From Antedon mediterranea (lineage: Eukaryota > Animalia > Echinodermata), in NCBI RefSeq assembly GCF_964355755.1, contig NC_092675.1, positions 18,634,912-18,698,911 on the forward strand: a stretch of DNA of 64,000 nt, given 5' to 3'. This document shows positions 23,701 through 39,100 of the stretch, piece after piece. Position 1 is the stretch's first letter. Every line of letters begins with the position of its first letter. The position numbers and the translations under genes are program-made. The notes beneath the pieces are model-generated. The model saw only the letters and a list, made by a program, of their open reading frames with translations, did no database searches and had not been told where the DNA came from.

Positions 23701-26700
23701 GGCTCGCGTGTATAATATTCGTGTGACACACGCGAGGTCTTTTACTCACGAGTGTCTAGCTAAAAGTACCATAGTTGTTATATGAGTATATCCCACTAGA
23801 TACAAGAAATTCTACATAAACATTTTATCGATTCAAAATGTTCACAAACCATTCACATTATACTAATAATAATTCTAAAACATGGATATGTTATTCTTCT
23901 TGTAAAACAAATTCACAGCAGAGCATTTTTAAATTCACTAGTTGTATACAACACAGTTTTGTGATTTTTTTACTAATAGTCTTAAATTGAAGCGGTGCCG
24001 GTAATGTAATAGAGTACAATAGGGCGAAGGTCCTCATCTTCACGTCATTGTTTTACATTTATGCCACTATTATTCACTTCCATTCATTCACTCGAGACTA
24101 ATACAACAATGTTTTCGCCGTCTACACTAATAGTTCTTTATTGAGATTATATATCGTATCCTGGAGTAACATTGACTATGTTTTCCGAATAATTATAGAA
24201 AAAAAGTTGTTAAACCATAGACACGGTTCTTTAACGTGCACTTAAGCCAAATTGAGTTTAAACTCTGAAGAGGCCATACGAATTAAACATTGCGATGCCT
24301 ATGTCGAATTCCTGTCGATGATTTCATTGCACGATGAGCATACATATTGATGCGCTTGCATATTATTTAAAAGGAGGTCAAAATTGTTCAATGATATAGA
24401 AAGCCTTCAAGTAGAAAGAGATGGAGATTTTAATGTGGAACTAATGGATCGTCAAAATTGGACAAATACAGATGATACAACGATAACTTAAACCTCTGTA
24501 TTAGTTGAAGGAGATTTTGACCCGGAATGGCCAAATAAATGAGATAAAATCCTAATGTTAAGAAAAAAACATCGCATTTTATACCCTCCCTAAAGTAGAC
24601 GTATCGACTAAATGTCATGAAGCTCTTTGCAATCTTACGTCGCAACAATCCAAAACCAGAATTAGTAATTAGTAGATATAAAGTATTTGGATTATTTATA
24701 TAATTTATCCGATTTAAACTTCAATTGGAGTCAATTCAATCAACCAAGTTGATGTCGGTCAGTGTGTCGAAATCAATAATGTCTCAATCACTAAAGAATC
24801 AATCAAACAACCAGTAAATCAAACTGATCTATTTTCAACAACTAGCTTGCCAATTTATCAGTGAAAATGAATTATTACATTAAAACATCGCTGTGCACCA
24901 GAGCTGCAGACCACCAGCATACATAATGAGAATGGTGTCAATAATAGAAAATCGATTGGAAAGTTAAATAACTTATTTGACGTTTTGAGTGAAGTATGGT
25001 TTGATTTGATTTATTATAATACATTAATATTGTATCTACGGCATGTATTATTATTATTAAAAAACATAATAATTACTTCGAATGATAACACATTTCAAGA
25101 GGCTGTTTTTTTATTTGAAATTAATAACATTGCTAAAATTAAAATAATCATTCATAGGCGCTGCACTACATAGGACCTCCACATGTGATCAGTATCATGG
25201 CAATGCAAATACAGTGTCACATTATATCACATGTGCTATTCGTGTCGTGTCATTTTAGCTTTATGGTGATCCATCATATACAGCAGACTACAGATTATTT
25301 AATAGACTTTTTTTGTATTTTTTCTGTTCTAAAGTCAATTTAACAAGAATTATTTCTTACAAAAATTCCGCTCATCTCACGATACCGTCTACATGTAATC
25401 TATCGTCGTACTCCCTCCCCCATTGTGTTTCGTAAAGTCTCTAATATTTATCAGCAAAACGTTTTTGTAGACTCTCTTTCCCAGACGTGTTTTGGGGGTG
25501 TGCGCATGCCCAGTTTCCAAATACCCGTTTTTTAAGCCGTAGTAAACTATAAGCTACCGTATGGTAACTGTTTCCTAATGCCTCCGTTCTCTTGAATATA
25601 ACTGCCTAAATGAGCGGCGCGAAAATACAAGAAATGGAATGAGCTGTCTTTTTAAACGTATAATTGTTACTTTGTTTGTTCCATGGACTGTTTTTATCTG
25701 AAATAAAAGTATTTCATTACCACATTCCGTTCTAATATTAAAATATCAAAGCGTTTTAATCTGTTTCAACCTTCCTTGCAGTAAAAGTATGAGAGTTTGC
25801 CATAGTACATAGTAATTACTACCGGTATACTGTATACATACTAAATCTAATTAACTTGCAAGGTGTGCACGTAGCGATGCGAAAACACCTGGTGAAGAGG
25901 ATTTGACAACATTGAATATTCATATCTATAGAGAATCAGTCTTTCTCAGAGGCTTGGGAAGGTTCTATAAAATTCATTGAAAACGTACATTTATGCGTGT
26001 AAGTTAATTGAGTTACGCAATATTTGCGCCTTACAAAAGCTAGTTATAAGTTAGCTATATGGTCGTTAGTACGGTATCTTTTCTAAAATAGTACACAAAT
26101 GACGAAAACTGGTCTATAAATGACTTATAACCGGATTTATAAACTGGGATTGTATTTACACATTTTCAGGTATCTACGTACGACGTACGATAAAGTAGTC
26201 AAAAGAATAGGCAATTGAATGTGATTTGGTTTGAGTAATTTTGCAGATATTAAATTTAGACCAGGAACCGAGTTTGAGCAGGACAATTAGGGCGCGGATG
26301 ATTCAATAAGCATACATTGACATCAGCCCCAAGGAAAAACTACGCACCCCTCCACCCCTCCTTAAATTTTCCATGGGAAAATATTTGAACCAGTAAAATT
26401 AATTCGAGAAAAGTAGGCCCTAATTCTTGAAAACATGATGTTTCAGGAGATTTTCATATAAAATACATGTAAATACAAAAAAATGTTTCGTTTACATTTT
26501 TTCATTTAAAATGTGTTTACAAACACTATAATACTATGCGTATTCAGTATGTTGGGAGGTGATGCTTTCAATAGTTTCCAATAATGAGCGACACATGACT
26601 CAAAATGTTCAATTTAGCTGGAAGGATTTGCAGATCAGTGTCGATCAAAGTGTTACTGTAAAACAAATGTGAAAAATATGGTAACATTGTAAAGTACGAT

Positions 26701-29700
26701 ACATTTATTTTAGATTGATATTTTGTAAAACCTTAGGGCCTAACCTTCTTTAAAAAAATGACAGGAAATTGAGAGCGCTTAGCTGCAAAGTGTAGTCCAT
26801 GTGCTTCATATTGTGATTTGTAAGACAAGCCAAATTATTTACTCAGCGGTCACTTTTACTAGTGAAAGTGCCTCCCTCATGACCAGACCAAAACGTATGG
26901 TGACCACCAATAAACCTCACTAATTTCAGCGGGAGTTAAACAACATATATTATTAACCAAGATACCAATACATGTGTTTATAAACGATATAAAACCTTGT
27001 CTACTACACTATCAAACTTTATGTGTAAAAAAAAATCTGATGTGCCCATATATGGTAGTGCTGCTTAAATATGGTAGTGATATAACATCATGTCTATATT
27101 AGGGTACATACAGTTTGATAGTGTAGACAAGGATTAACGAAAGAAAATAATAGCTCAACTTTCTTCTTTTTTCCCTCACAGATAGCATGCCTTACGTTCT
27201 TCAAAAAGCAATTTCCTATCATTTACGTGTCTATTACGTGTCTATTCATCCTCTCGTCAATCATATTAAATAACTACTATTTGTATATCGTCGATAGCAT
27301 GTGTTGATTATTATAATTTTGTCCCTCAATGTGTAACTTCTTCTCAATGTGCAACTACCTTAAATGGCCACAAATCCAAGTCTATCAAGGATCCCGTATT
27401 TCTAGCTTGTCACTGTTTTAGTCATCAAACAAAACTATTCTTTCTAAATTCTTTTTTTTTTCAATTACGTTTCTTGTTTTAAAAGTTGTCACTCAGTACA
27501 ACTATCTCAGATAGCATTGCTTAGATCACACTGTGTTAATTCAGAACTAATTAGGTGATTTGCATTTAATAGTACGGTACAGGCATTGTAGATATCAGAA
27601 TGTTTGTGTTTGTTTTGTCATGGTTCTACTCTTACTAGTTAAATGCTTTTTACTTCATCTTGAATATGACAATGACAATTTATGTATAAAATATTACAAA
27701 AAGCATCCCAGGAAAATAGCAACAACAATCGCACACCTGGTCCCTGCAGATATTATATTAATATTATTATTACATAGGCCACTAGGTAAAACATTTACAT
27801 ATGTAGTCCAAAATTCTTAATCTTAACATTATTTTAAAATTTAACAATAACCATATTATTTACACGGATCTCGCATATTTCATATTGTAATCGTTTTAAT
27901 CATTGTAAAATATGTAGAATCTGTCAAACATTAATTTTGATTGTATCATTTCAATATCGACAGTATCGTATAACGCGTTAGCCACTGATGCGTTTGATCA
28001 CCGACGCGATGATGACGCAAATGTAATTGGTCGCGGCAGCATTTGTCGGTCATTTCAATTAACTCTATCAAGTATAAACATAGCCATGAACCTAATGATG
28101 ATTCGCAAAGCTGCTGCATCTTGATTTTATTTACTTGATAATCCACAGTATTCAATGTATCAATGAATTATTACATTCACCATTAATACGCACGCGTAAT
28201 GGATATCCTTAAAGATTTTTTTCAGAAAATATTTACAGTTAAAGACCTACATTTGAACTGTGATTGAACATAATGTATAGATGAGGTCCAAGATCAATAA
28301 TTAAGAAAGTATTTTATTATAAATTGTTGCTTCACAGTATAGATTGTTCTAACAGAATACTTTCATTTTGAAACTTTTTTCATCTTGAATTTAAAGAGAC
28401 AGTATGCGTTTGATCGTTTGATCGTGCTTAAAACACTTCGATTTCTCAATATATTACTTTAATTTCTTGACAGTATATAATTCATATATTATATACGGGT
28501 GTCTTTTTAATAACAAAATAAGAAAGCTTATATTCCATAAGTTTGTTGGGATATATTTAGGTCCTAGTTTCCTTCATAGGGATTTATTTTGATACGAAAA
28601 TCAAGTAGGCTTTAAAATTGCCTCGAAAGAAATGTATTTAACCGACATGATTCGTGCAGCCCATCATCAGGACATCATATTGGTACGTATTATTTATTTA
28701 GTTAATTAAAACCCCGTGCCATTTCATCGCGTAGAATTTCTTCCTCCATCCAAAACTAATTTAATAATGTCAAAAACCTATTTTGGAATAAACATATTCG
28801 TAATTAAATTCATTAGACAATGCCTCTTTAATCCAATTGTATCGGAACGGTCTTAGGACATAGGCCACGAGGCATTGGGATTCACTGCAAACTGCTAAGG
28901 TGATAAAACGTTAATTGCAGTTCTTCCTGATGTTACCGATACAAGAGAGTAAAAATCAATAACTCCTATTAAATTACATTATCACACCGTCCACATGGTA
29001 CCTTGCCGCATAATTCTCTTCCGTGAATGTTTCATGCTTAAATTATCTTCCAACAGAAGTTGTTACCAGCACTTAATTTTTTTAGACGTGACTTTGAATT
29101 TATTAAAACTCCACAGGGACATATTATAACTCGTTGGCCTCTTGTTTTAGTTATTAATATTACTTAAAGAAATTAAACAATAAGGAGAAATTATAGCTAC
29201 GACTTGACGTGGCTTAATTCATATTCTTTTATTTCAGAGCTGATGTTGTTTGCAATCAAGATTAATTATTTTTATGCCTTAGGCAACCTTTGTTATTCAT
29301 TTTTTTTTTCTAATTAATCATGATTGTTAAATTATATTTATAGTGAAACCAATGTAATCAAAATAATAATAATGTAGTGTTTTCATTGAACTTGATAAAC
29401 TCGTCCTTGTAAGACTCTATGAGAACATTACTGTGTTAAGGTTTGTAAAAATTTCAATAATATTATAACATGAATGTAATGCAACAAAGTATCGCAGAGG
29501 TATAATGAGTCACGATTTATTCACATCAATTTTGTTAACTTATGTTAAGCAATAAGCATTTCCTACTTGAGATTTATGGTACCTAGTATGGATTTTTATT
29601 TCATAAAGACATAACGATTTTAACGATTTTAATAGGGAACTTGTAAACTTATACGATCAATTGAAATGTCCGATACAAGATCAGAGAGGGCAGCAAAAAC

Positions 29701-32700
29701 CCGGAGGTCGCAAAGTGATAACAGCCCGGAAATTACTTGTACCGCGGACGGTTGAAAATCTACCAATGAAATTAATCAGAAATTTTATTTTAAAATTCTT
29801 AATAATATCTTCCTAATATAAGAGATAAATATGGAACAATATCGTATAGGCCTGTCGTAATGTTGTCGAATCTACCTTTCGCGGTACACATGGAACAGCT
29901 AGGATGAATATTTTTTGGAGTAGGCCTAGGCCTATTATATATACACTAAAATTTGCATAATACAGGCACCAAATGTGATACATTATTATGTGACACAACT
30001 GTATGATGAAATTCACCTATTATACTGGTAACAGATAATGTCATAATGTGGAGATACAGTACATGGTATGGTTGTTTTCAATGTTATGGTTGTTTTGAAT
30101 GTTATATTCAGCCTGCGGATTTGTTGAGTTACACAGATAACATACTACATTTTGACTTATTAAGAAAACGATGCGTAAAGCCTTCGTGGTCTTCACATCA
30201 GTAACACGTTTTCAATAAAAAAACATTAAAATATATGTAAAATTGTAACCGACAGGCCATCAACTGGAAAGGTATTATTTTATTATTGAGAATGGAAGTG
30301 TTTGTCGAAATGTACACGTCAATGCGATGTTAAGCCCATGTTCCTCAAATAACTGTTTTATCTAAATTATATATAATTTGTTTATAATGTTATATCATAT
30401 AACTATAGAAGACAAAATATACAAATCAATATTTTGATTATACCGTTCGTGCATTAGACAGTCAGCAAAAATGACAGTGATTTTGAGAATTGATTTATGC
30501 GCAGGCAGTGTTCTCTTCAATAGGCGATATTCTATGATTTTACTATTTACTGAGCGAATGCTCCAGAAAGTTTAAACCTTTCATAAATGATGGGTTGTAT
30601 TATGATAGCGGTCCCAAGCCCATACATTCATATATTATTTTGAACTCGTTAAGATGACATGCTCATTGATACTAATCAAAATAGCTTTTATTGCTTTCTT
30701 TCAATACTATACAGAATCGTCACTCTATATACTACCTGTTTAAGGTCCATTAATAGATATATAATAAAATGTAAGACGTTGCTTTAACTACTAATTTCAT
30801 TGCACGTGCGATTTTTATTTCTTTTCAAGTGAGGTATTTTGTTTCAACCTCAACATGTCAAATATTTCATACAACCATGGTAGGTTGCTTCTATGTTAAA
30901 ATGCCTTCACTTTATCATTTTTCAAATGGGGTTTGTGGCTATAATAAGGACTATGATTTACATTTTATTTATGAAACATCATTTACCTCTCAAATTGCAG
31001 GCCGACCAATCGCTGACTAAGTCGGTTCAACATTGCCTATAAGTTTGCATGGTTGTGTGTGACGCAAGTCAAAGTTGATATATTTACCCGTACCGTGGCC
31101 AAAGACACTGGGGTCATATGAATTGTGGGAATTGTGAAGCTGCTCTTTTATATAAGCTTACCATTGTTTTCCTAGTCGTTATTCCTGAACCTTTTCGAAT
31201 AGTAGGCCTAATACAGTACATACTCAATTGTTTCAGTTTTTAAGTAGAAACATCAATGCTACATTAACTTAAATATAGAAGGTATTAATCCCAATTCAGC
31301 TCTCGGTCCATGTGAACTTAAATAGCTGTCTATACAAATTTACGATAATATAGTACGCATACACACGCTGACAAGTGTTCACGTCTTTTACCTTATTATA
31401 TTACTTTTTATTACCCATTGGGATTATACCAGACATTTAATTGACATTTTTTTATACTTGCTGTTAATTTCAAAGCATCAATAATGGTCACAAAATAGGT
31501 TTGCTTAAAACCTCACATTCTTGGCACTCTCGCGTTAACACGTAAAACTCTTTTCACACTGGATAAATATATTATAGTGCTTCACAATAGGAAATGACAA
31601 TAATCCGCTAAACCTAGCACTAAAAATGCCATGAAGGTGATATTTGATATGAAGGTCATCTCTAAGATGATGATTGCACCTAAAATTCATAATGTCACTT
31701 ATATTAAAATGAAAGACTGATTATAAAAAAAAAATCGTATTCGTAGACAATTCATTGAGGTAATACGTAAGCATTTGGTTTCTCTATAAATCAAACAACA
31801 TTGTTATTCTTATAGACAAATCTTCAAACATCAAATCCATATATAGTCAATGAAACGCGTAAAATAAGTATGTCCACACCCGGCGGATTTGCTCAGGGGA
31901 GTTGATCATGCGTGAATGTTATAATATATACATTATATTTATACATATTCACATACATATTTACATCATTTAATCACAAAAAAAGATCATATATTTTAAT
32001 CATAAATTTACAAAATATTCATTCGTATTTTCTAAAAATCATACATTCAAATAACATAAAGGATCACCAAAAATGTGTAATTTATTGCCATTTTGTTACT
32101 TATCTTATATATTTTAAACAAAATGTAAATAACAAATGCAAATGATTTTATGTATATATTCAGTAACTACTTTTAAAGTTGCAACATAAAAATGAGAGGA
32201 AAAAATATGCTTAAAAATATAATATTTATAACAAAGTATGATAATAAAGGTGGGACGAACCCACACAAGACAAAAACAAATTGTAAAAACGAAGTACTTT
32301 GATGGAAGCAAGTCTTACTATCATTAAGAAAAGCCTTAATATCCCGAATAACTCCCAAAATGTGCGGTTCTCAAAATAATTATCACCAAATTGTCTCCTA
32401 ACGTGCAATAAATTGATTAGTTTTGATTTTAATTAATAGAGATATGCATATAAACAATATATCATTTTCCGCTCTTTTCAAATTCTGAATCTGGAAATAT
32501 TTCTATATACACATGCTATACGGTCACCCACTGGATTGGGTCAGATTGCATGATGACGGTTGTAATACGATTGTTTTCAAACTCGAGTATAGTGGTCAGC
32601 AGCCTGTGTATACAAATATCCATTTCCAGGTAATACGTAGTAGACGTGTTTGTTTCAAACACAATTGATTGAACCAGGAATAAACAGCTCACCATAGACG

Positions 32701-32942
32701 GTAATCAAGATGTATGAAAAGCTATTGTAAGACGTCATCATTTATGTTCTGCCTCCAAAAAATGGATCCAACATTATATTGATGAATATACGATTTATTT
32801 ATATTCAATAAATCCAATCCACACCAGGTGACAAAAGGCTTGGTTCTTTATAATTTGTCCAGGGACCCGGTTAAAATAACGTGCTGTTCCTTTTGTATCA
32901 CTCAGCTACTGATCGAATTTTGGTGAGCTGTTGGTCCCGTTA

Positions 32943-33112
32943 AGGCCAATTTACACACAGGCGAGCGGTTAACCGCGTAGCTTGTCCTACGTAGAATCTG
33001 TACTATCATCAGCGGAAACTGCCCATCCGCTCCGAGTTGTGTAAATGATCATAAGGAATAACGTAGATTATATATTCTATTACCGTTATCACTCGTCTGT
33101 GTAAATTGGCCT
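32943..33112. mobile_element. PIF/Harbinger-type MITE, 170 bp; related copy at ~8614-8728
   Basis: TIR aggccaatttacaca / tgtgtaaattggcct, TTA TSD; internal tccgctccg..gtgtaaatgatcata matches the 8.6-kb copy inverted. Confidence 0.8.
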
Positions 33113-33333
33113 TTAGAATGATCCATGAATTCCTCCACGGGTCATGTGGCAGATGCACGCAGAAGAACACTGTATGATCTCCCGACGTAGGCCAACTCCA
33201 TAAACTCATGTGCACCGAAAATGACTCATTTTGTCTATCTGCCTTCTATTCAATTCGTTATATTCAACCACCATTATGGATATTATGTTCAGCATTTTAC
33301 AATTAGATCTACTAATATCTAATTAAGTGTTGT

Positions 33334-33439
33334 TTTTTAGTCGCATGAAGCTCACTATATCGGTTGGTTGGTCGGTCGGTCGGTTGGTCGGTAAACACTT
33401 ACTTGAGCACGCGACTGCAGCTATGTATATGGCCTTGTT
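33334..33439 (+). mobile_element. Helentron-associated (HINE/DINE-1-like) short element
   Basis: T-run start, subterminal IR agtcgcatg / cacgcgact, (GGTC/GGTT)n microsatellite, 3' hairpin gctatgtatatggc, ends cttgtt. Confidence 0.65.
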
Positions 33440-35627
33440 ATTTTACACGTCCAAAGCGCTGCTAATCCATACTCCAAGAGACATTTCTAAACTATTTGAC
33501 GTTTTATTCTGTTTGTATCATGCTTAAAGGAATCATGTTCATGTGACATCATTTGAACACAGGTTCTGCAATTGCAGTTTTACTTTTAGTAAACAGTGTG
33601 ATAATCCAATTCGGTATTTGGAATAATAAGAAACATTTTAAACAAAGTGGTTTATTTCAAAAATTGTTTCCTTAAAATATGTAAAACACAAAGAAGAGAA
33701 TAACTAATGTTAAAGAAACAAACTAATATAATGAAGAGTTGACTTCAAGGTACGGTATTCAACAATCGAAAACACAAGATGTATGTAGATGGATATGAAT
33801 ATGGCAAGACATCTCAAGACGTTTGTCAACCAAACGATTTTCTATAATGCATTAGCACTGATTGGCTAGCTTGTTCCACGTGAATTAAAATCCTTCACAA
33901 TTCGATACGCTACTAGAACAGGAGGCAGACGATGAACTGTTCGCATCTTACAATCCTCTCCATAATTCACATCAGTACCTTGATTTGACTATTACGTCAT
34001 GATTTCATCAACTCCTTCAAATCGTTAGGCAAACAAGCGTACGCCTGCTAACGTGATGATAATTTGATAAAGACATCGAACTATGATTGTTCCGCGTTTT
34101 CCCGCCCACTTTTTGAAGTTCAATAAAAACATCATTTAAAACGTCTTGTTAGCCAGAACGAGTGGATTCGCAGTTGAGCTAGGTTTAATCGACTTGGAAC
34201 GATAAAACACGTAAGTTATAATATTCATTTTCTTTCAGCGTAAAAATGTGTATACTGTTAATTTTATATCACCCAATTAATTTAGAATATAATTATAAGA
34301 ATTAGCACATCATTTTTCATATATTTACTATCAGTTTCTTTTAAAATGTCTTAAAATCTGTTTCCATTTCTTATCTTGAACGTATATTTCAAGTTTGTTA
34401 TACACAAAACATGAAACAGTCCTACAGTTTAGATTTACTGTATTCTATAGAGTTTTAAGGTAACGTTTATCGTGTTATTTTTCTCTTTGTAAGTCATTCA
34501 AATGATTATTGATTTCTTTCAGCCTTAATGTGTTTTATTTTGTTTGGTTGATTATAATAGTTTTTAGTTCAATTATTGCGGTATCGGTAAAATAATTGGA
34601 AGCGATTTAAAATATTATTAATTAACTTAGTGCATATTTGGCATATATAAATATTCTGGTTTAGTTTAGTCGGTTGGTATTCAAACAAAACTCGTTAGAA
34701 ATTATACTTGCCTGCATCGTAATAATATGTTAATGTATTTTATTTCTTTTAGCATCAATGCATTGTATAAGTTATTATTAGTAAGAACACAATACACATT
34801 AGCAAAATGTTATCTACTCCAAAATATTGAAAAATTAGTATACGTCTATAATTCAACGTCCGTCCACTTCAAGCGCATTGGTTCACTTTTTTTCTTCTAC
34901 TTATTCTTTAGTTAATTATTTTGTTACTGTATTCTTGTTGCGTGGAAAAGTACTCAACAAACTCTTCTGCTAAAGATTTATAAAAAAAAATATACAAAAA
35001 GAAAATTAAAGATGCCAAGAAGGGTTAACCCTAACCCAAACTTTGAATAGGCCTAAGGTAGGCCTATTTTGTAGTTTGAATAAAAGTACTCACTATTGCA
35101 AAAAAAAAAATAAATAATAACAAAATCAATGATTTTGCTTATTTAAATAGTAATAAATTTAGCAAAACAATCATTGAATATTGTTTTCTTTAAACTACGA
35201 TTTTGTCAGATAACAATTTTTTCAAATCCAATTTTTGTCATATTAAATAACTATGTGACACTAAAATGGCCCATTTAACTAACAAGGTTCTTTCATGAGA
35301 CAATGTATCTTTAACTTGTTATAACGACAAAAGCATCATCTTAGTAAAATATATTACATTTGTGAATGTGCACGATTTTAATTGAAACAAGAATGGCTTT
35401 TAGCAAAATTATGAATCATCGTTAAATAATTAAAAGTGTTTTGTACTTTTTGACAATCAAAAATAATAAATGTGAAGTTCGGACATCAGCGGTAAATGTA
35501 TCTTTGAATTATGGAAATTGGGTTGAATACCACACTCGCAATCTATGTATTATAGCCAGGAGATATATCGTACATTTCCAAAATGACAAGATATGTACAC
35601 ATAAGAAAGTGTTATTAACATAACATG

Positions 35628-36110
35628 ACTATGTACAACCCGACCGACTATACCATGGTGTACAAACAAACTTATACCAATGTGTACAAACAAACATATA
35701 CAGTACCATGGTGTACAAACACACTTATACAGTACCATGGTGTACAAACACACTACAGTACCATGGTGTACAAACACACTTATACAGTACCATGGTGTAC
35801 AACCAAACGTATACAGTACCATGGTGTACAACCAAACTTATACAGTACCATGGTGTACAACCAAACTTATACCATGTTGTATACAACCAAACTTATAACC
35901 ATGTTGTACAACCAAACTTATAACCATGTTGTACAACCAAACTTATAACCATGTTGTACAACCAGGCTATACCAAACTTATACCTGTTGTACAAACACAC
36001 TTATATCATGTCGTACAACTAAACTTATATCATGTCGTACAACCAAACTTATATCATGTAATACAACCACACTTTTATCATGTTGTACAACCATAATACC
36101 ATTATACCAT
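35628..36110. repeat. Minisatellite, ~24-29 bp unit (cagtaccatggtgtacaaacacacttata family)
   Basis: Roughly 17 tandem units; explains the repetitive ORFs in the track. Confidence 0.95.
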
Positions 36111-39100
36111 TATCGATTTGAAGCGGGTTTTTCCTTATACTATCCATTGAGATTCACCCACTGTAGCATTTGGTTTTCAGTGATTTGCCTTTTATTTATA
36201 TCATGTTGACATAAACGGAACTGGACCAATACGATATTTGTCTTATTGTGACGTAAATACATTTGCGTTATCAGTCACTTTTCAGTCAAAAGCTAATTAC
36301 ATCTGAACATTATTAGTAAATGACAACATTTGTCGTAATGGCGTTGTGACTGTCATCTAAAAACATAGTCGAACTAATTGTCAAGTTGTGCTTTGATATG
36401 CCACGAGACTTTATAAGAGAATCCGATTTCCTGACTGTGTATTCCTGCTGATATCTGCAATATATTAATGTTAATTCTGATTTTTTTTTTCAATATTGTT
36501 AGTGTATGAAAAAAAATTGTATTTAAAAATTAAATATAACATTACATAGCATTTAATGTAATTAGGTTGAATGAATTTCAGATTGATTTAGTGGATCAAG
36601 AAATAGGACGCACATGTACATACGGTATTTGTTTTATACTGATACATTAAATAGAAATTGTACTAGTAATATTAGTAGGCCATGCTAATTTGTGATTTAT
36701 TATATAGATATACAGATTACGTTCTTAATTTTACTTATGTATAATGGTATTTAACAAATTGTAATTAAAAAGTATACTTGAATTAATTTCATTCTACAAT
36801 AATAATATCTCCATTATCTGTATGCTAATTGAGATTGCTATTTACAGACTGGTTTCTTAATACTTGTTAATTGAATACTAATGGAAATTCAACGAAACCA
36901 TTAAATTTGTCTAAATGAATATTTCAAACAGAAATATTTTTTTTAAAATTAATAATTTACCATGAACTATTTTTGGCTTGATTATGCATAAAATTGGATG
37001 GGTGGTAATAAGTGCAGTATATTTTTCAACGTTAATCCCATGTTATACTTGTGTATATATTAGATTGTACAAGATAGTTTTCCACCCGTGGCTTATATTT
37101 GACATCGTTACTAGCATCGAGCTGCCTGAATAAGCAAAAAGTGACCACTGTGAAATGATATACGAGTTTAAAATGATACGCTGTTATCATCATTATTTTA
37201 TATTAATTTAATCTTGATGAAACTTTTGATATATGAAACGCTATATTTTCGATTAATTATTAATTTATTAAGTCGGAATTGACGCCTACTGTGACAATTA
37301 ATCTTAAAATCAAATGCATTTGTATAAATTGGAATACAGCAAAGTCATCAGTCCTAGCTTATCGATAATGTAAAAGATTACTTAAATAATACTGGTTATG
37401 GGACTCGGAAACTGAGAACTTTACAAGATGATTCCAAGCCTAAGAAAGTCTTGGGCATGGTAATGTAAATAACTGACTGTATTGATTTTAATACCGTTCT
37501 CAAATCATTTAAAAAGAATATTAAGGCTCCTTTCCCAAGAATAAAAGACTATACCAGCCGATTCTCGGTACTGTATATATTTCTAAGCATCATAGGAATA
37601 TTTGGTAATACAACATCACATGTGTTTCACATGTATCTAGAAGTAACCTAACCTTACATGATAAAGGCACCGCATGTTATATCGATGGGATTTTGTAGTA
37701 ACAAATATGTCTATGATATTTGAATAGATAGAATGTGGAGATACAGCACTGGCAATACTATCAAGTAGAAAGTACAAGCATGTTTAAATCGTATTATATT
37801 AAACCGAAGCTCACCGAAGTTCTTTGACTTTCCTGACCCACAGGTCACAGCGAATGTTAAACTATATTACCCTTATCATTACAACTGTGATCCATCACAT
37901 TTTCAAAAGTAAACATAATTATGATTGGTATATGCATCAGAGGGTATAATTATGGATGATAATAACATGGTATGCACTAAGTTCAAATGTGGTAAAATCC
38001 GATATCACAGATACTGCCGATATTGGTAGATGGTGATGGTGTAACCTTTGAAATGTTATTGACCTTGGTGTTATTAAAGATTTGTTGTAGCGTTGTCTTT
38101 TAAATAAGTGTAAAATCTTTTTTATGATGTTTTAACATCTCGAATTGATATGACAAACGTCCGAAAGTTTCCATACCATAGGCCAATATGAATATAACTG
38201 AAGTTAAATTTTTCAGTTGAAACACAAAATGAGCAATTGAGGATATAAATAAGTTGACATATAAATAGTTGTCGCATGTAAGTATTTAAGATTTTTAAAA
38301 ACTTATTATAAAATAAACGTGTAATATAATTTTACAACATGCCCTTCTTTTAATAAACTCTGTAAATAATTCTTATCACGGTATAAGATATATTGACGTC
38401 TCAGCCAACGTGCGTTGACAAACGTCTAAAAACACACTTCCAGAAGACGGTCAATGTACATTGACCATAACGTTCTATTTGACAACGTACAAACAGTCAA
38501 ATAAATTAATGAACGTGAAATTTATATTGAATCACTACATCGTAGTGGAACTGTGACGTCCCCAACACAATCGAGAAGACACCAAGTTTCGTCACAGACA
38601 AATCGGTTGGAATTTTTGTAAACAAAAATGTAATGTGGTGGTCGAGTAGAGATTAAAATTATTAATTATTTTTTTTGTCTTATGTAGGATCGACCCACTT
38701 TTATTTCTTCATCAATAAAATGTTCGTTTACAATGCATTGCACATGAGTAATGTAATGATACAATACAATATAATTGACATTAAGTAACTTTCAGTACAA
38801 TAATACAATAGTATAAGGAAGAAAAAAAAAATTTCTTCTATGTTATACACTCTTTACACGTTTTTCAATCCTTAACAATGTACGTATAATTTACCACAGA
38901 ATTCTTTATTTTATAACTCTTTTCATCTCTTTCAGGCAATCAAAAAAAAGTTATATTTTACTTTACCTAAATATCAATTTTATAAACGTTAATTTTATAC
39001 CTTGCTAAATTGTTACGGTCCATATCTGACCACATTTTTTTTTTGCCTTTTCTTTATTTTATTAAAAACTCACAATTGATTATACCTTCTAACTCCGCAG

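Noticed and set aside
28391-28831. Possible TTAA-flanked MITE (agagacagtat / agaggcattgt)
   Set aside because: Only 8/11 TIR match; too weak
35550-35948. Four overlapping ORFs with repeated YHGVQ/TVPWCT peptides; array superficially CRISPR-like
   Set aside because: Translations of a minisatellite; no unique spacers, no cas genes, eukaryotic context
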